From NCBI GenBank assembly GCA_012295275.1, contig CM022673.1, forward strand, positions 25,110,001 through 25,174,000: a DNA stretch of 64,000 bases, given 5' to 3'. This DNA comes from Chrysomallon squamiferum. Lineage: Eukaryota > Animalia > Mollusca. Below the pieces are notes generated by a model. The model had not been told where the DNA came from. It ran no database searches and saw nothing but the letters and a program-made list of their open reading frames with translations. Shown piece after piece: positions 26,812 through 41,184 of the stretch (position 1 is the stretch's first letter; each line of letters opens with the position of its first letter). A program made the position numbers and the translations under genes.

Positions 26812-27374
26812 GGAAAAAGGGGGATAATTAGACAAAGAAGAATACAAAAAGTAAAAAGCATAAAATTTTACACTACCAGTTATTGTGAATTCACTCCCTT
26901 TGTTTTTGTATTTTATGTGTTTGTTCTTTTTACTTTCTTTTATAAAAACAATACTAAACTGTCAAGTATCATTTTACAGCCACGTATTCATGAAGATATA
27001 TTTTTATATGATCATAATGTTAATCAACTTATTGATACCAAAACACAAAAACGAAATAACTAATTTGGTTGTTAGGCAACGATTTTTATTTATAATACCA
27101 TTTTAGATATTATAATAATGACAAAATTCAAAATAAACTCTTTAAGCGTTTTGCGCATTACCTTTTTCCGAATTTAAGAGTTTTATTTGCATAACTTACG
27201 TAACTTAGTCTTGTTTAACTTTGTATTAAATATTTTATATTGTCTTACCTCTCCAAAATGCAGTGCTGATAGGACTACCAGAAAGAGACCTACAATTATT
27301 AAAATGATACCATATTTATGAGACAGAATATCATATACATGTTTTTGCAAAATTTTGCGATATGACGTTTCCAT
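10488..27374 (-). CDS. GNPTAB: N-acetylglucosamine-1-phosphotransferase alpha/beta precursor, 30 coding exons, ~1200 aa
   Basis: Phase-consistent GT-AG exons: 27249-27374, 26258-26343, 25298-25417, 24906-24923, 23237-23433, 22788-22855, 22473-22604, 22039-22113, 21671-21742, 21417-21464, 21083-21214, 20536-20706, 19802-19925, 19359-19430, 18898-18953, 18441-18555, 17849-18060, 17298-17437, 16743-16885, 16001-16428, 15418-15596, 14863-15015, 14378-14444, 13764-13874, 13282-13367, 12588-12686, 12136-12190, 11473-11585, 11112-11202, 10488-10601. Motifs: N-terminal TM, Stealth CR1 [15 protein letters not shown]2 [15 protein letters not shown] and YMNDD, two LNR repeats, S1P site RRLL|DT, CR3 [11 protein letters not shown]-hand, CR4 FICLND, C-terminal TM. 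Confidence 0.96.
10690..10900. repeat. Tandem repeat, ~75-bp unit x ~3, in the last GNPTAB intron
   Basis: Repeated tatatttctgaaaaaaaatctgttttaaaaatactttatacatg..attaaacaaatat. Confidence 0.75.
19941..20182. repeat. Tandem repeat, ~90-bp unit x ~3, intronic
   Basis: Repeated cagaattataacacatactgtatct.tataattaaatgtgtttaaaata. Confidence 0.8.
26501..26865. repeat. Local tandem duplication (~185-bp period) in GNPTAB intron 1
   Basis: Two copies of aggctgagttctttatttcct...attctaaagttaaataataatactaataa...(aat)n aggaaaaagggg.ataattagacaaagaagaatacaaaaagta.aaagcataaaa, with different (AAT)n lengths. Confidence 0.85.
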
Positions 27375-29679
27375 GCTCAACGGCTTGCGCTGTCATCGTA
27401 AGTATTTTATTTGTAAATGCGACACATCATCGCCTATGGGCGCAGCCATTTCTATTCTTCTTTATCTATAAATCCCTCCTTTTAAACTATTCTTCTTCTT
27501 CTTCTTACTACTACTACTACTACTACTACTATTTAACTTTAGAACGACTCAAGAACATAGCTAAGTGTCTATAAAGAGGAGCACAGGAAATAAAGAACTG
27601 AACCTAACAAAATTACTTAGTTTTACTTGGCATGCATAGTTGTAACCATTAAAGTATTTATGATTACGTGTAACGATGGATAGAAAGAGAATTTAACGAT
27701 CTTGTACTTAGCTGGCCAACATAAGCACAATATTAAATTTAATTTCCTGTTCAATTTCTTTGTTTGTTGTCTTAGACACATTAGTATCCAGTATTCATTA
27801 CTGGATCGATCCTGTTGCGATTAAATGTTTTTATGTACCTTAATTTCCAACTCAAGGTTGTGCTTAATCGCATGATTATTTTTATAACGACATCATAAAG
27901 GTAAAACGTCACGCATTTCTGGAATTGTCCGACATGTGAGTAGTAATATTTAAACTCTTTCTGATTTTGTAATTAAATGGATTTTATCGTTTATGTGTTC
28001 CTGATGCAAAATTCAAAAATTCTGACGTGTGAATTCCATTAAGAAAAATATTAGCAAATTTCCTCTGCTTATTCGTGAATTTAATGAAGTGTCTGAATCA
28101 CTGAACATTGCGAGTCTAATATTTGCTATACTTAACAGTTTTCCTAAAACAATGACTTTACAAGGATTATCTTTTCTTTTCTACCTCTTCCTCCTCCGCT
28201 TTTTAAAATTTATTCTAATTTTATTTATTGATATCTTTAAAAAAAAAAAAAAAATATTTTCATTATTATTCACACACACGACCCCCCCCCCGCTATATCA
28301 ATGCTCATTGCGTAAAAGTAACTGACGTTTAATAAGATAAATAGATTCTGCTTTATGCAGGTTCCATTTTGTCTAGCTGCAGCGTACGTTCAGAAAGGGT
28401 CGTACAACCAGATGTTGTGCCGTAAGCTAAATATCAAAACACTCAACTGTCAACCTGTTAGCACTCACACATTTTTTTACTTCGTAAAAACTTGTATTAA
28501 CGCTGTGACATTGACCTTAACTAAAATTACCCACGAGAATTATTCACAAAAACAGATGTAAATATTTTGTGTTAAAAAATTATACATGGCATTAATATTT
28601 ATTGTAAATTACTGCGTTATTGATTCAGTATTATTTAAAAAAAAAAAAAAAAAAAAAAATTGTATTGATCTTTTTCTGGTTTCCTAGGGACTTAATATGT
28701 CGGTTATAAACTGTAATGTGGACTATGTCACAAAATCAAAAAGAGTTGCCGACATCTATTTAAAATGATTCTTTTGTTGTTTTCTTATCAGTCTATAGTC
28801 TGCAGTGCATTGTTTAACAAGCAGTATCTGTATTACATGTAATTTGTTTTTCTTCTGATAACGTGTAAATAATACTGTTCTAGGTTAATGTAAGTGACAA
28901 CAATAGCTTTCTCCTTTCTGTCCAACCGATTTTCAGACACTCGTTGATTAATTAAGTATACGAAACTGTTAAATGTATCTTTCCTTGTCTCATTCTGGTT
29001 ATATACTGAACTACTTCGTCCAATCATTTCTCTAATTTTTTTCTTCACTCATTTCGCTGACCCAAACTGGTTTCCTGACATTAATCAGCCAACATTAACT
29101 TTCAAGCCTCATTTTTTTCTTTCATTTGTTTCATGTGTTTGCTGCGTTGTTTATCAACAGACTCTGAATAGTTAATTAGACCTTGAAAATTCTGAAATTT
29201 AACGGGTCAGTGCTCTTTGCTTCAGTTATAACTTAAACAGTATTACTTGTCAAATGTTTAAAAAAAAAAAAAAAAAAAAAAATGATGCCTTGTATTTCAT
29301 TTATGTATTTTCACATTTCACTGACATTGTTTGAAGCTGGGTTTACAACTGACAGGACTGGTTCCTATATTTAACATTTCTGAAACAAATCGAGTATCAT
29401 TCACTTTCATGATTATGATTTTCAAAATTAATTGAGTAAAATTATAAACTTCAAAGACACTTTTCTCAAGGATTAAGATTTATACATTCAATGCCACATT
29501 TAATCATTAATTAAACCCTTATATTTCCCCAGGCAGTTTTAAAGACCAAAAATTCAGTTTGTCAGAATTTGGATATCTTTTACACTAGTTATATCTTCTA
29601 TCTGTGAATTTACAAGATGTATTTTCCATTATGGTCTACAAAATGACCTGGATTTCTGTATTTTGCAGTATTTTAAGGC

Positions 29680-29723
<44 letters not shown>

Positions 29724-29941
29724 CACTGTGTGTGTGCACGTGTGTGTATGTATTTTTAAAATCTATTTTATTATTATTGTTGTTTTATATTTTTCTCTTA
29801 CCTTATTTTATCTCGTCTTATTTGTTTATTTATTTATTATTTCTTTCATATTCTGAATTCTTATTAACCTAACGTCTGTTTCTTCCTATTTTTTCTCTTA
29901 TGTTTTTGTTTCAAGTTTTAGTCTTTTGTTTTATTTTATTT

Positions 29942-30044
<103 letters not shown>

Positions 30045-32390
30045 TTAGGTAGTTAGCTGATTATTTTTTTACGATTCCTAATTAAATATTTCGGTCTTCC
30101 CACCAACCTTAAGAGAAAAAAAATAAAAGAACGAAAAATTAATCATGTATTAGTGAAATTTTCAGAAAAATACTATATAAGGAAAATACAGACTGACATT
30201 TTTAAGATTAAAAACATCACCACAGAAAAATTTGGTTCCCTGAGGCAAAACAGTTTTTTTAGTTGTTTTTTTTTTTTTTTAATTTTTTTTTATCTTAACT
30301 TAAGGATTAAGTAATCGCGTTGTTAGAAGTGAAGTTGCGATCTGTCGTTTGGATAATGTAATTTGTCTTCCTTTTTCTTAGATATTTATATTTCTTTTTT
30401 CTTCTTCTTCTTCTTCTTTTTTTTTTTTTTTAACTAAAAAATGTTTTATAGATTATTTTTATAACTTGTCAATTTGTGAGACGGAACATTTTGCACTGCT
30501 TTCCGGTTATATGTCTCGTGAATGATTAATAAGCTTCTTACTTATTAATGTCTTAAATTGAATTAAATATGGGTATTTGTGATTATTTTTATACACGTAC
30601 AAACGTACACACATACACACACTCACACACACACGCACCCAAACACAAACACAACCGTAAAAGCTCTGATAGCCGAACCTTCGGACAATATAACTAAAGG
30701 TTTAGAATAACAAACAACAAATTTTGATGAGTAAACAGTTTACTGCATTTATCAAATAAAAGCTATAAAATTTATCACAATCAACATAAGATCACTGAAG
30801 GGCAACAGGGTATATTATGTTCTTTGTTTATCCATTGGGAGTTGAGTGTGAATACATTTTTCCTTTTCCAACTCTTGATCAGGAATAACACATTATTATT
30901 TTTTTTTTTTTTTTAAAGATATAAATATAATATTTTTTTTTTTCTGTTTGTTAGTCAAAGATTAATTAAAAATTGGCTACTGTTTCGGGACTTTTTTGTC
31001 GAACGAAATAATTACGTTAAATATAGATTAAAATGCGCACTGGTTCAAAATTATTCTTTTCATATGACGTAATATGGCATCATACACGTGTATGTGTGCA
31101 TGCGCGTGCGTGCATACGTATGTGGGAAACCTATATTCTTCAAAAAAAGAGAACTGAAAATAAATAGGTAAAATAATTCTTTTCAGCTATGAGATAGCAA
31201 ATGAGCTTTATATCTTACTTTTATATTGTTATATATATATATATATATATATGCGAGATGAGAAATAAAAAGGAGAAATAAAGTAGAAACAAAAGCACTT
31301 TGTGAACCACAAGACAACAAACATACCCATGTTCGAGAATATCAACGTAAATAAATAAAAACAGTTCCATAGCCCATACACATACCTTCACACACTAATA
31401 TAGAGAGCTAAAAACAACCAAACCATTTTTCGAATAATGGGCTGGAACATGGAAAAGCCCAATTTTAGTGCGGACAAAAGGAACCATTATTCCAGCAGGT
31501 GCACCTATGACGTAAATCGTAGATTTTTATACCACTTAAGGCCGGGGATAAAAATAGTTATGTCCGTTAATATTAGCACAGACTGTACGTTTTCAGTATG
31601 TGACAGCTTACTCACACTTCGTGACATACGGAAACCTCTTACTAATTGTGACAGAAAATGATTACCAAGTTCAATTACGAAGACCATCATCCGTTCTCAC
31701 AAAACGTCTACCGACCACTAAACCCAACAGGACTTCCTTGATTAAACAAACATGACCTTCAAGTAGACCCAATTTTAATATAAACACACTATGTTCTTTC
31801 AGTTTTTCATATATATATATATATATTATGAATATAATTTTTAAAATATTTTTTTATTCTTTACTATGTAAGAGAATAAATGATGAAAAGAGAAAAATAA
31901 TTAGTAAAATTGTAATTATGTTTGATTTAAAAAGGAACGAATTTGCGAAAACGTCATTACTGTAGTGACGTAATGTTTTGAATTTTAATCTGTGAATCAA
32001 GTAAATGTGAGCTGCTTTATTTTCTTTTAAAATCTTTCCTACATATGTCAATGACTTCCATCTAATTTTCTTTATTTCTATCCCAGTAAAACACCAGTAC
32101 GAATGAAATAAGCCGCATCAATAATAAAGTAAACAGAGAATGAAAAAATAAACGAGATAAAGAAAAACGACAGAGTTTTCCATACATGTACCTGTTGCAA
32201 TATTTATTAACAGTTTGAATATTTACTATAAAGAAGGTATTTTTATACTAAAGGAATGGTCACTAAATCATCAGACTTTACAAATATAGAGAATCATAGT
32301 TAGAAAATAGATACGTTTTTCAAAATACATTAAGGAAACACCAGTACTTTGAGTACGGGTTTCATGCCACCAAATCTAATTACAATAGAA

Positions 32391-32439
<49 letters not shown>

Positions 32440-33689
32440 ATATGTTGCTATATTCTGAATGTTGAGCATGTTCGCAACACGTATTTGATTATTTAGTTTT
32501 TGATTAACGTTTTATAACAGATAATCTGAAAATTTGTTTTGTTTGTGTATCGAGAAAGAAAGAGAAAGGGATTTTTATCTAATTATATATATATATATAT
32601 ATATTATGTTCACGTGTTAATGATTACCAAGGGCGAACCCAGGGTTTCAGAAGAAGGAATTTGCTATTAGTATGGTGTATGGACATTTTAATTTTAAATA
32701 CACAGAAACACAAACACACACACACACACACACACAAATCTTCTGGAAGCAGAAATACAGGTGCGTCCTGGACTTTTGATGATTATTCTCATACTTAACT
32801 TCTTATCTACATTCTGTAAGATTACTTTTAGAAAGTATTTCGTTTAGAAATTGAAATTATTTTTGTTATGGTTTAAAATCATCTAGTTTAGTCTTCACAA
32901 GTTTGTACTGAATTATATCAATGCTTATAATTTGGTCAGTTTTCCACAGTGATGTCTCAGTCTGGAATGCTGGATTTTTTAAATCTCTTTTGTCTTATAG
33001 GAGTGTTGTTATCGGACTGTCATTAAAATTTCCCCATGAAAGTCTTAGTTCATTGTAAACTTCGAAATATACTGGAAACAAAAACCGGAATTTTGTAAGT
33101 GCGATAACAGAATGGGCTTTACGTAATTCTGTGTACGTGTGTAATATCTGATACTGGGTGTGTGTGCGTGTGTGTGTGTGTGTGTGAGAAAGAGACAGAG
33201 TGTGTATGTGTGCATGTCTTAATTCGCTTCCCAGAAGGTGTATAAGACATTATGATGCAGTGAAATATCTCCCTGACGTCCACAATAACAAATGGCTTAG
33301 TCAACCTGTCACATTTCCTGTGTTACAACCGAAGAACGTTAATCCGCACCTTAATTGTTTATAATTATTAATAAACTTTATCATTCATAGGAAAAAATTT
33401 GGCCTTGCATAATAATTATAGTATATAAATAATATTTTAATTTTTTAATTTTTAATTTATTTTTAATTTTATTTTTAATTTTATTTTTTTTTTTTTTTTT
33501 TTTTGAAGTAAACAAAATAAGATTGTTTTATATACAATTTTAACTTTACAAGCAAACAATTAACCGAATAAATAAAAGAAGGAGACAAAAATAAAAAGAA
33601 AAAGAACGATAAATAAACAAATAATCAGAATAAGTAAATAAGCAAATAAATTACATCACTATTTACGAGTACACAATGTCCACTAAGTA

Positions 33690-33991
33690 CCCCAAAATAT
33701 CCGACCAATAAAATGTATTATACGACCGGTGGGTGTATCCTGTTTCCGTCTAAGGTTTGAGATATTGCGATCACGTGATTCGAAATGACTGACATCTTGA
33801 TTTCGTCATTAAGCAATTCTGTGTTACTCCGGTGAGTGTCGTGTGCAGGATCTGTTGCGCACGTTGCGAAAAAAAAACACAAACCCAGATTATGGTTTTA
33901 TGTTAATCAAAGGACAGTAAGGATGTAAAATTTGTTGACAGCACGTGTGATATTATACTTTATATGTATCTTGGGAAAAATTCACTGAAAA
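33690..33991 (+). promoter_or_regulatory. Putative distal promoter and non-coding first exon of the nuclear receptor gene
   Basis: CpG-rich patch, CCAAT at about 33705, palindromic ATCACGTGAT E-box at about 33770, donors GTGAGT (33832) and GTAAGT (33992). Confidence 0.5.
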
Positions 33992-36277
33992 GTAAGTAAA
34001 GTTATTTCTGTTCTTTAGATATTTAATCAGTTAGTTTAATTAAATGTTTAATGTCCCTCTTTCTTTTTCTCCCTGTCTCCGTTTCCCTCTGTGACTTTCT
34101 GTCTATCTCTGTCTAATGTATCTACATTTTTCTTTGCATTCATTGATCGTATATTTACCGTATATTTACCGTTTGTAACCGATATTACTATTATTACTAC
34201 TACTACCACTTACTATTATTATTTATTATTATTATTATTAGTAGTAGTAGTAGTAGTAGTAGTATTACGTTTGTGTATGCATGCAGTAATATATGGAAAC
34301 TTAGATAAATTCACTGTCCAGAAACTGTAAAGCTACAATGTTAAGTATTAAAAAGCTCAATACTGTTCTGGTTCACTGCAAAATATTGGGCTAGATATCG
34401 TGAATGATTAATTAATGGTTTCGGGCAGAAGAGTGAGTTCAACGTGCAGAATTTTGTATATGATACACATGCACAAAATATTTAGCAAAATAGTCAAGTT
34501 TAAGAAGCCACATTTTAATCTGTGAATCTAACGAAATGTGAGCAGATTTATTTACTTTTAAAATAGTCTGTTAACCAGGTATGTCAGTGACGCCATATAT
34601 GAGTCAGCAGTTTTCTTTATTTGTACCCCTGTACTAAAAAAAACATACCGTAAAACCTTCAGAAACTTGACTTGAAATAACCGTTCTAAGTTTTGCAGCT
34701 ATTGTAATGGCGAGCTATATTGAATTACATTACGCGAGTGTAATACTAGTCTTTTATTGTACCTGAACAATAAATAAACCCACACACTGTGACACTTCAC
34801 AAGGTTATCATCCAAACAAGTATTATTTACTAGAATATGTATAACTGGGCTATAGTATTTGTAGGTTAAGGTTAAAAAAATGCGAGTTGGAGAGAAAGAA
34901 ATGAGAAAATGTGAAGAGTTAAAGAAAATTGAAACAGTAAAAAAGGAAGAAAGAAAGATTTAAGAAAATTAAAATGAAGAATAACAGAGATAGAGATATT
35001 GGTAGGAGTAACAATAACCAAAACAACAGCTAATATCAGTATTATCATTAAATAGAGTAATAGCAACCAAAACATCATCATCACCATCATCAGAATTATC
35101 ATTAGCAACAGCCACAACAACATTAAGAAGGGAGAGAAAGACGTCGAGAAGATGATGATAATTTTGTAATTAGAAAACAAAACAACATCTATTAATATTG
35201 ATATTAATTATTTTTTTGTAATTTACACACAAATTAAAATAATTATTTCATCATCTAAAAATGAAAAATGTTCATAAACCATGACATAAAATTATAATTA
35301 TTTTTTATTTATTTATTTTTTCCCACTTGTTTTTTTTCCTTTCTTTTTCTTTATTCTTGTTCTTGTTCTATAAAAATTTAAAAAAAAGTTTATTAAAATA
35401 TTTATGAATGTTTATATATATTTGTTTAAAAGAACAAGAACAAGAATAAAGAAAAAAGACAAACCCTTAATATAATTATTAGGATTTAAAAAAACCCATT
35501 AAAAAATAAATAAATAAAATGAACAGAAAACATTAATGGTATTATGACGTCATGTCTAACAGCACAGTTCTAAAGATAAATAATTTTGTTCTGTCATTTC
35601 GTTTTACTTACCCCATCCCTTACGTGACCTAAGTTCACTCAAAAATACACGTACATCAAGTAGGTGGACATTTTAAACTACACTCATAAATCAACAGTGT
35701 CATCACAATTACTCACTTTAACTAATTTATAGTTTCTTTCATTGCCTTTTTTCTTTTTCAGTTTTAAAATTTTTGTTTTTTGTTTTGTTTTTTGTTGTTT
35801 TTTTTTTACAGGTATATACGGTTTATAAATAACATAAAAATAAGATGTTCGTGATATAGAAAAACTTAAAATAAATCTGTTGCTTCTGATAAAAATTAGG
35901 GACTCAGTACACGATATTTCCTTTCTCGTCATCCGTAAGGTCCTTAACCCTAGAGAAAACGTTTAATAAAAAAACGATTTATAAATATGTTCAGTACGAC
36001 ATTAAATAAAATACTTTCTTCCTTCCTTAACGATTTAATTTATATTTCAGTACTGATATCTTTATTTTCTTACTGATTTAATAAACATCTTATAAATCAT
36101 TTCTAGTTAGCATTTAACGTCACTGAAAATGTATCATTTAATGATGTGTGTATGTATACATACATGAAGGCCACTAACACATTTTCCTAATTATTCTTCA
36201 TAATAAGGAATTAAATATTTACTTCTAATACTTAGTCCGAGAAGAATCTGGGTACAGAAATAACTAACTACAATGGC

Positions 36278-36526
36278 GACAAATCAAGAACCGATTAAGA
36301 AATCGAACGATTCTGATCTCCAAAAATTCAAATATAAAATCACAAACCTTACATTCAAAACGATAACTTTGTACATACTTTTTTATTATTATTATTATTA
36401 TTATTTTTTTTTTTTTGTATTTAAAGACAACAAATCAAGAACCGATTGAGAAATTTACGATTCTGATCTCACAAAATTCAAATATAAAATCACAAACCTT
36501 CACATTCAAAACGATAGATTTGTATA

Positions 36527-36545
<19 letters not shown>
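36278..36545. repeat. Tandem duplication, ~150-bp period, upstream of the first NR coding exon
   Basis: Two copies of caaatcaagaaccgatt.agaaat..acgattctgatctc.caaaattcaaatataaaatcacaaacctt.cattcaaaacgata. Confidence 0.85.
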
Positions 36546-36565
<20 letters not shown>

Positions 36566-36582
36566 GATGTAATTGTTTCAGA

Positions 36583-37368
36583 ATGAGAATAGAAAACTGC
36601 GGGGAAGAGTTGGCAGACTCGCTGAAATGGATGGATGACTCGTTCGTCACGTTTGGGTACGAAACTTCGGACTGGATCTGTTCGCCTTCACAGCTGATTA
36701 GTTCGTCGGACTCAAACGAGAGTTCTCCAAGATCGTCTTCTTCCGTGTCTCCGCCGACAAAGTGAGTTCAGTTGCAAGAAGGAATGTTTACGACATGCAA
36801 ACCGAAATAAAAAAATAAATAAATAAATAAATAAATACGTAAATAAACAAAAAAATAAAAATAAAGATGAAATAAAAAAAAAAATAATAATAATAAAAAA
36901 AAAATAATAATAAAAAAAAAAAAAAAAAAAAAAAATACAATAAAATAAAATAATAAAATAATAAAATAATAAACTAAAATACAATAAAAAATAATATAAT
37001 ATAATATAATATAATATAATATAATATAATATAATATAATAAAAAGCTTAATAATTGGATGTAAGTAAGTGTTTTTTGTATGAATGAACTGATGTCCAGT
37101 GAGTAATAAAATATTAAAATTCGCCACTTAAAAAACAAATAACAACAACAAAAACAACAACAACAACAAACAAACAAAAATAGAAAAGAAAAAGAAAAAA
37201 AAAAAGGCATGAAAGAAAAGCCTACTGGAGCGAAAACTAGTCTGATGTAATCATGTAAACGAAACTGTATGAGCAATTACAAAAATGTGGATTGTATCCA
37301 GTGCACGCCACAAGGATTTGTCAGCTATTTTACAGAGCCGTAGTGTTAAAGGAGTGTCTGTCAAATAA

Positions 37369-37407
<39 letters not shown>

Positions 37408-39288
37408 ATATCAATTATTATAACTATGCATATACCCATATAGGCATGCGCAAACATTTATCTGTAACCGTAGATAAAGAAAAAAAAAAAGAGACAATTT
37501 GCACGCTTTATATCAAATATTTATCTACTGTTTTCTTTGTTTTTACGCGAACAAATAGTTTATTCTATTAATAATTACAATATTCAGGGACCAGTCAAGC
37601 GCGAATACTAAGAACTTTCTTTCCATCTCGCACAGAAGTACGGGAAGCTGAAATGTCAGTTAAGAAATTAATGTTCTTCCTGCTGACGTCAGAGGCAACG
37701 CACGTAACTGTATTGTTTCTGCTGTGTCATATCAGTCGACCAATCAGAAATGAACTCGACAGCGATCGGTGAATAACACTAGCAGCCCCGAGCTAACGTA
37801 TTACACTTGTCGACAAATCTGACAGCAATAATTCATATTTGTTTTTTTTTTTATTCTTAAATTTTGAAAAATAAAAAAATAAAACAGACAAAAACAACTT
37901 TGGTTTTGTACAAGAAGAAGACGCTGCAGTTTTACCGCAAATTAAAAGCCAAAATACAATTTTTATTAAATATAAAAGCCCAAAGATACAATTTTATTAA
38001 ATGTAAAAAAACAAAGAGACAATCTTATTAAATATAAAAATATAGGATTGGGTCTGGTCGTAATGTTTCATATGAATGACTAAGTGTTTACGAATCTCTA
38101 ACGTGGGTTTTAAATATAATACAAAAAAACAAAAAAAGAGCCTGCTTTGATCTAGTTGTGCTTTTTAATACTGAAATATATTATCTTAAAAAAATAAATT
38201 CTCTCATACTTATTAAGGTATAATTTATTGCTAAAAATAAAACAAGTTCGCCCCCGAAAAAAAAAAATTGGTAAGAAATAAAACAAAAACAATATATTAA
38301 CGTTTTATAAATGATCCATTGCACTGGTTTAACTCACTGTTGTGTGTGGTTGCGTGTGTGTGGGTGTGTGTCTGTGTCTGTGTCTGTATGTGTGTGTGTT
38401 TGAGTTACCTTTGTTCTAAAGGATTTTAGAAGAAAAAAATTTATAAAAGTTTACTGATGTTTTAAACAAAATATTTTCTTAAGCTGTTTACTTTCTAAAG
38501 TATAGAAAATTCTGTTTATTATAGCTTCACAATGAGGATGCACAATTTCAGCGAAAGTTCGACTGATTCTTTAAACTGGATCGAAGATACGTACGTACCC
38601 GGTGGATACGATCAGTACCTGCCTTTCGAATTTGACCCGTATTCACCAGGTGTGTTCGAAAAGGACATAACCAACGTGTACGACAGAAATGTGTCCGGTG
38701 GATACCAAAAGAAAGCATCCAGTGGATGCCAAAAGAAAGTATCCAGTGGATTTGACAGGGAAATTATCAGTAGTTTTCACAGTCCGGTATCCAATGGATA
38801 CAATAAACAATTAGTCAATGTATACAACGCGCACGCGCCCGTTGCCGCCGACAAAAATGTACCCACGGGATACGACGCGAATGTACCATGTGAATATGAA
38901 TCTCTGGATTCCGTCTCTTCGACATCGTCGGCGGTCACTTCGTCAGATTCTGGCAGCGAATCGCCCAAGTCGTCAACGACGTCAACGACGTCATCACCGC
39001 CTGCTATGCTGCCGCCGTGTCGTGTGTGCGGAGAAAAGGCGTCGGGTTTCCATTACGGTGTTAACACGTGTGAGGCGTGCAAGGTAAATTCATACTACAA
39101 AGAAATGGACCGAAAAAAACATCTGTCCGTTCCTTATATGTATTAATTAAAGATATTTACGAAGTGTTTTGCATTTCAAAACAAACAACTACAACAACAA
39201 CAAAATAATAATAATGATAAAAATGAAATAAATCTTTAAAAATTAAAAAAAAAAAAAAAAAAAAAAAAATGAATGAAGAATAAAAAAG

Positions 39289-39322
<34 letters not shown>

Positions 39323-39805
39323 TAATAAAAACAGTATCTTAATTATTCTCCAAAATCAGTACTGTAGACATTATTAACATTTCTCTGTTTAATTATTACT
39401 GTTACAGTGTGTTGTTTGTGGAACGATTTAGAGAAAATAAAACACTGTTTGACGTTTCGTTTCAGGGTTTTTTCCGTCGAAGTTTACAGAGAAATGACAA
39501 GTACAGGTGTACAGGATCCGGAAGATGCGTCATCGGACCAGGACGGAGGAATGCGTGTCCATCTTGTCGCTACAAAAAATGTCTGGCTGTCGGCATGTCC
39601 AAATCCGGTATTTACATTAATGTAATTATAGCGCAAGTAAAATAAATAAATAAATAAATAATATAAAAAAATAAATAAATAGCATATAAATCACCTTTTT
39701 CAATAAATGTCTCATTATCTGGAGAAGAAAAATATTCTTAAAATCGTAAACCAATAATAATTATTTTTGAGACAGTAAATATTAATGTTATTATTTATTT
39801 TTTTG

Positions 39806-39836
<31 letters not shown>

Positions 39837-40376
39837 TTTTGTTGTTTTTTTTTTTTTTTTTTTTTTTTTTGTTTTTTTTTTTTTCGGGTTATTTTGTGCT
39901 TTTTTTTAATTCTTTATTTGGCATATTTGTTTACTGATTTTTATTGTATTTTCAACTAATTAATTTCTTTCTTACCTACTTACTTACGTTCTTACTTTCA
40001 TTTTCAACAGCTATTAAAACTGGACGTTACACACACGAAAAAAGAACACAAGATATTCTGGAAGTTAAAAAATTACGTGTCTTTACCATTCCGAAGACAA
40101 CCGAACTGATTCCCGCCGTTCCTCGACCAATAGGAAACAATGTGGAACTTTCCGGCCTCATCAACATAATCATAGACGCGCACAACAGATTCGTCTGGTC
40201 TACGTCATACGTAGCCGATGACGTTCTGCGTGAAAAACAGAAAGCTTATTACGTGAGAAAATAATTCAGTCTAACGTTTAAAGTTATAATGGTTTCGGAA
40301 AAAAAATTTAAAAAATAAAATAAAAAAATTTAAATATTAGGAATTGATAAATAAATAAAATAACAAGAAACGAAAC

Positions 40377-40430
<54 letters not shown>

Positions 40431-40581
40431 GTAATAATAATAATAATCGTCGTCGTAATCTTCTTCGTCGTCATCATATCAACACCAATGATTAATTACC
40501 TGTTACATATTTGGAGTCCATTATTTAATTTATCCCAGTGCCAGCTTAATGTATCAGTACATAGCATGTCATAAAAACAAG

Positions 40582-40627
<46 letters not shown>

Positions 40628-41140
40628 TTCACACACGACATATCCATGTTGCCATAGCCTGGTCAAAGGTAATCCGTAACTAACAATAACATGACGTCAC
40701 AACAGTAGTTTTAACGTGTTATTTATTTTTTTCCTCCAGGACCAGTACATGACGAAACTTGAAATGTTCGGGGACATGCGACCTCTCTCCAGCGACGAGT
40801 ACAACGAATTTTACCACACCACTGGCATCGACGTCGACAACCGACAGAACATGCTTCAGTCGTTCGCTCAGAACATGGAGCTGGGAGTGAGACGATACAT
40901 CAATTTCGCGAAACTCATACCGGGATTTTCCGAGCTTTCGATAAACGACCAGTCAAACCTAATTAAATGTAAGTTTGGTATCTGTCGTCGTCATCATAAT
41001 CATCAAACGTATTAATTAATTGAATTAATTCATTAATTTAATTAACTTACAAGATAACGCGAAAATCAAACAAGGATTATTGTAGCGTTATACGTAGTGC
41101 CAGTAATCTGACGACAAAAAGGCATGCAGTCGTTTCTGTC

Positions 41141-41184
<44 letters not shown>

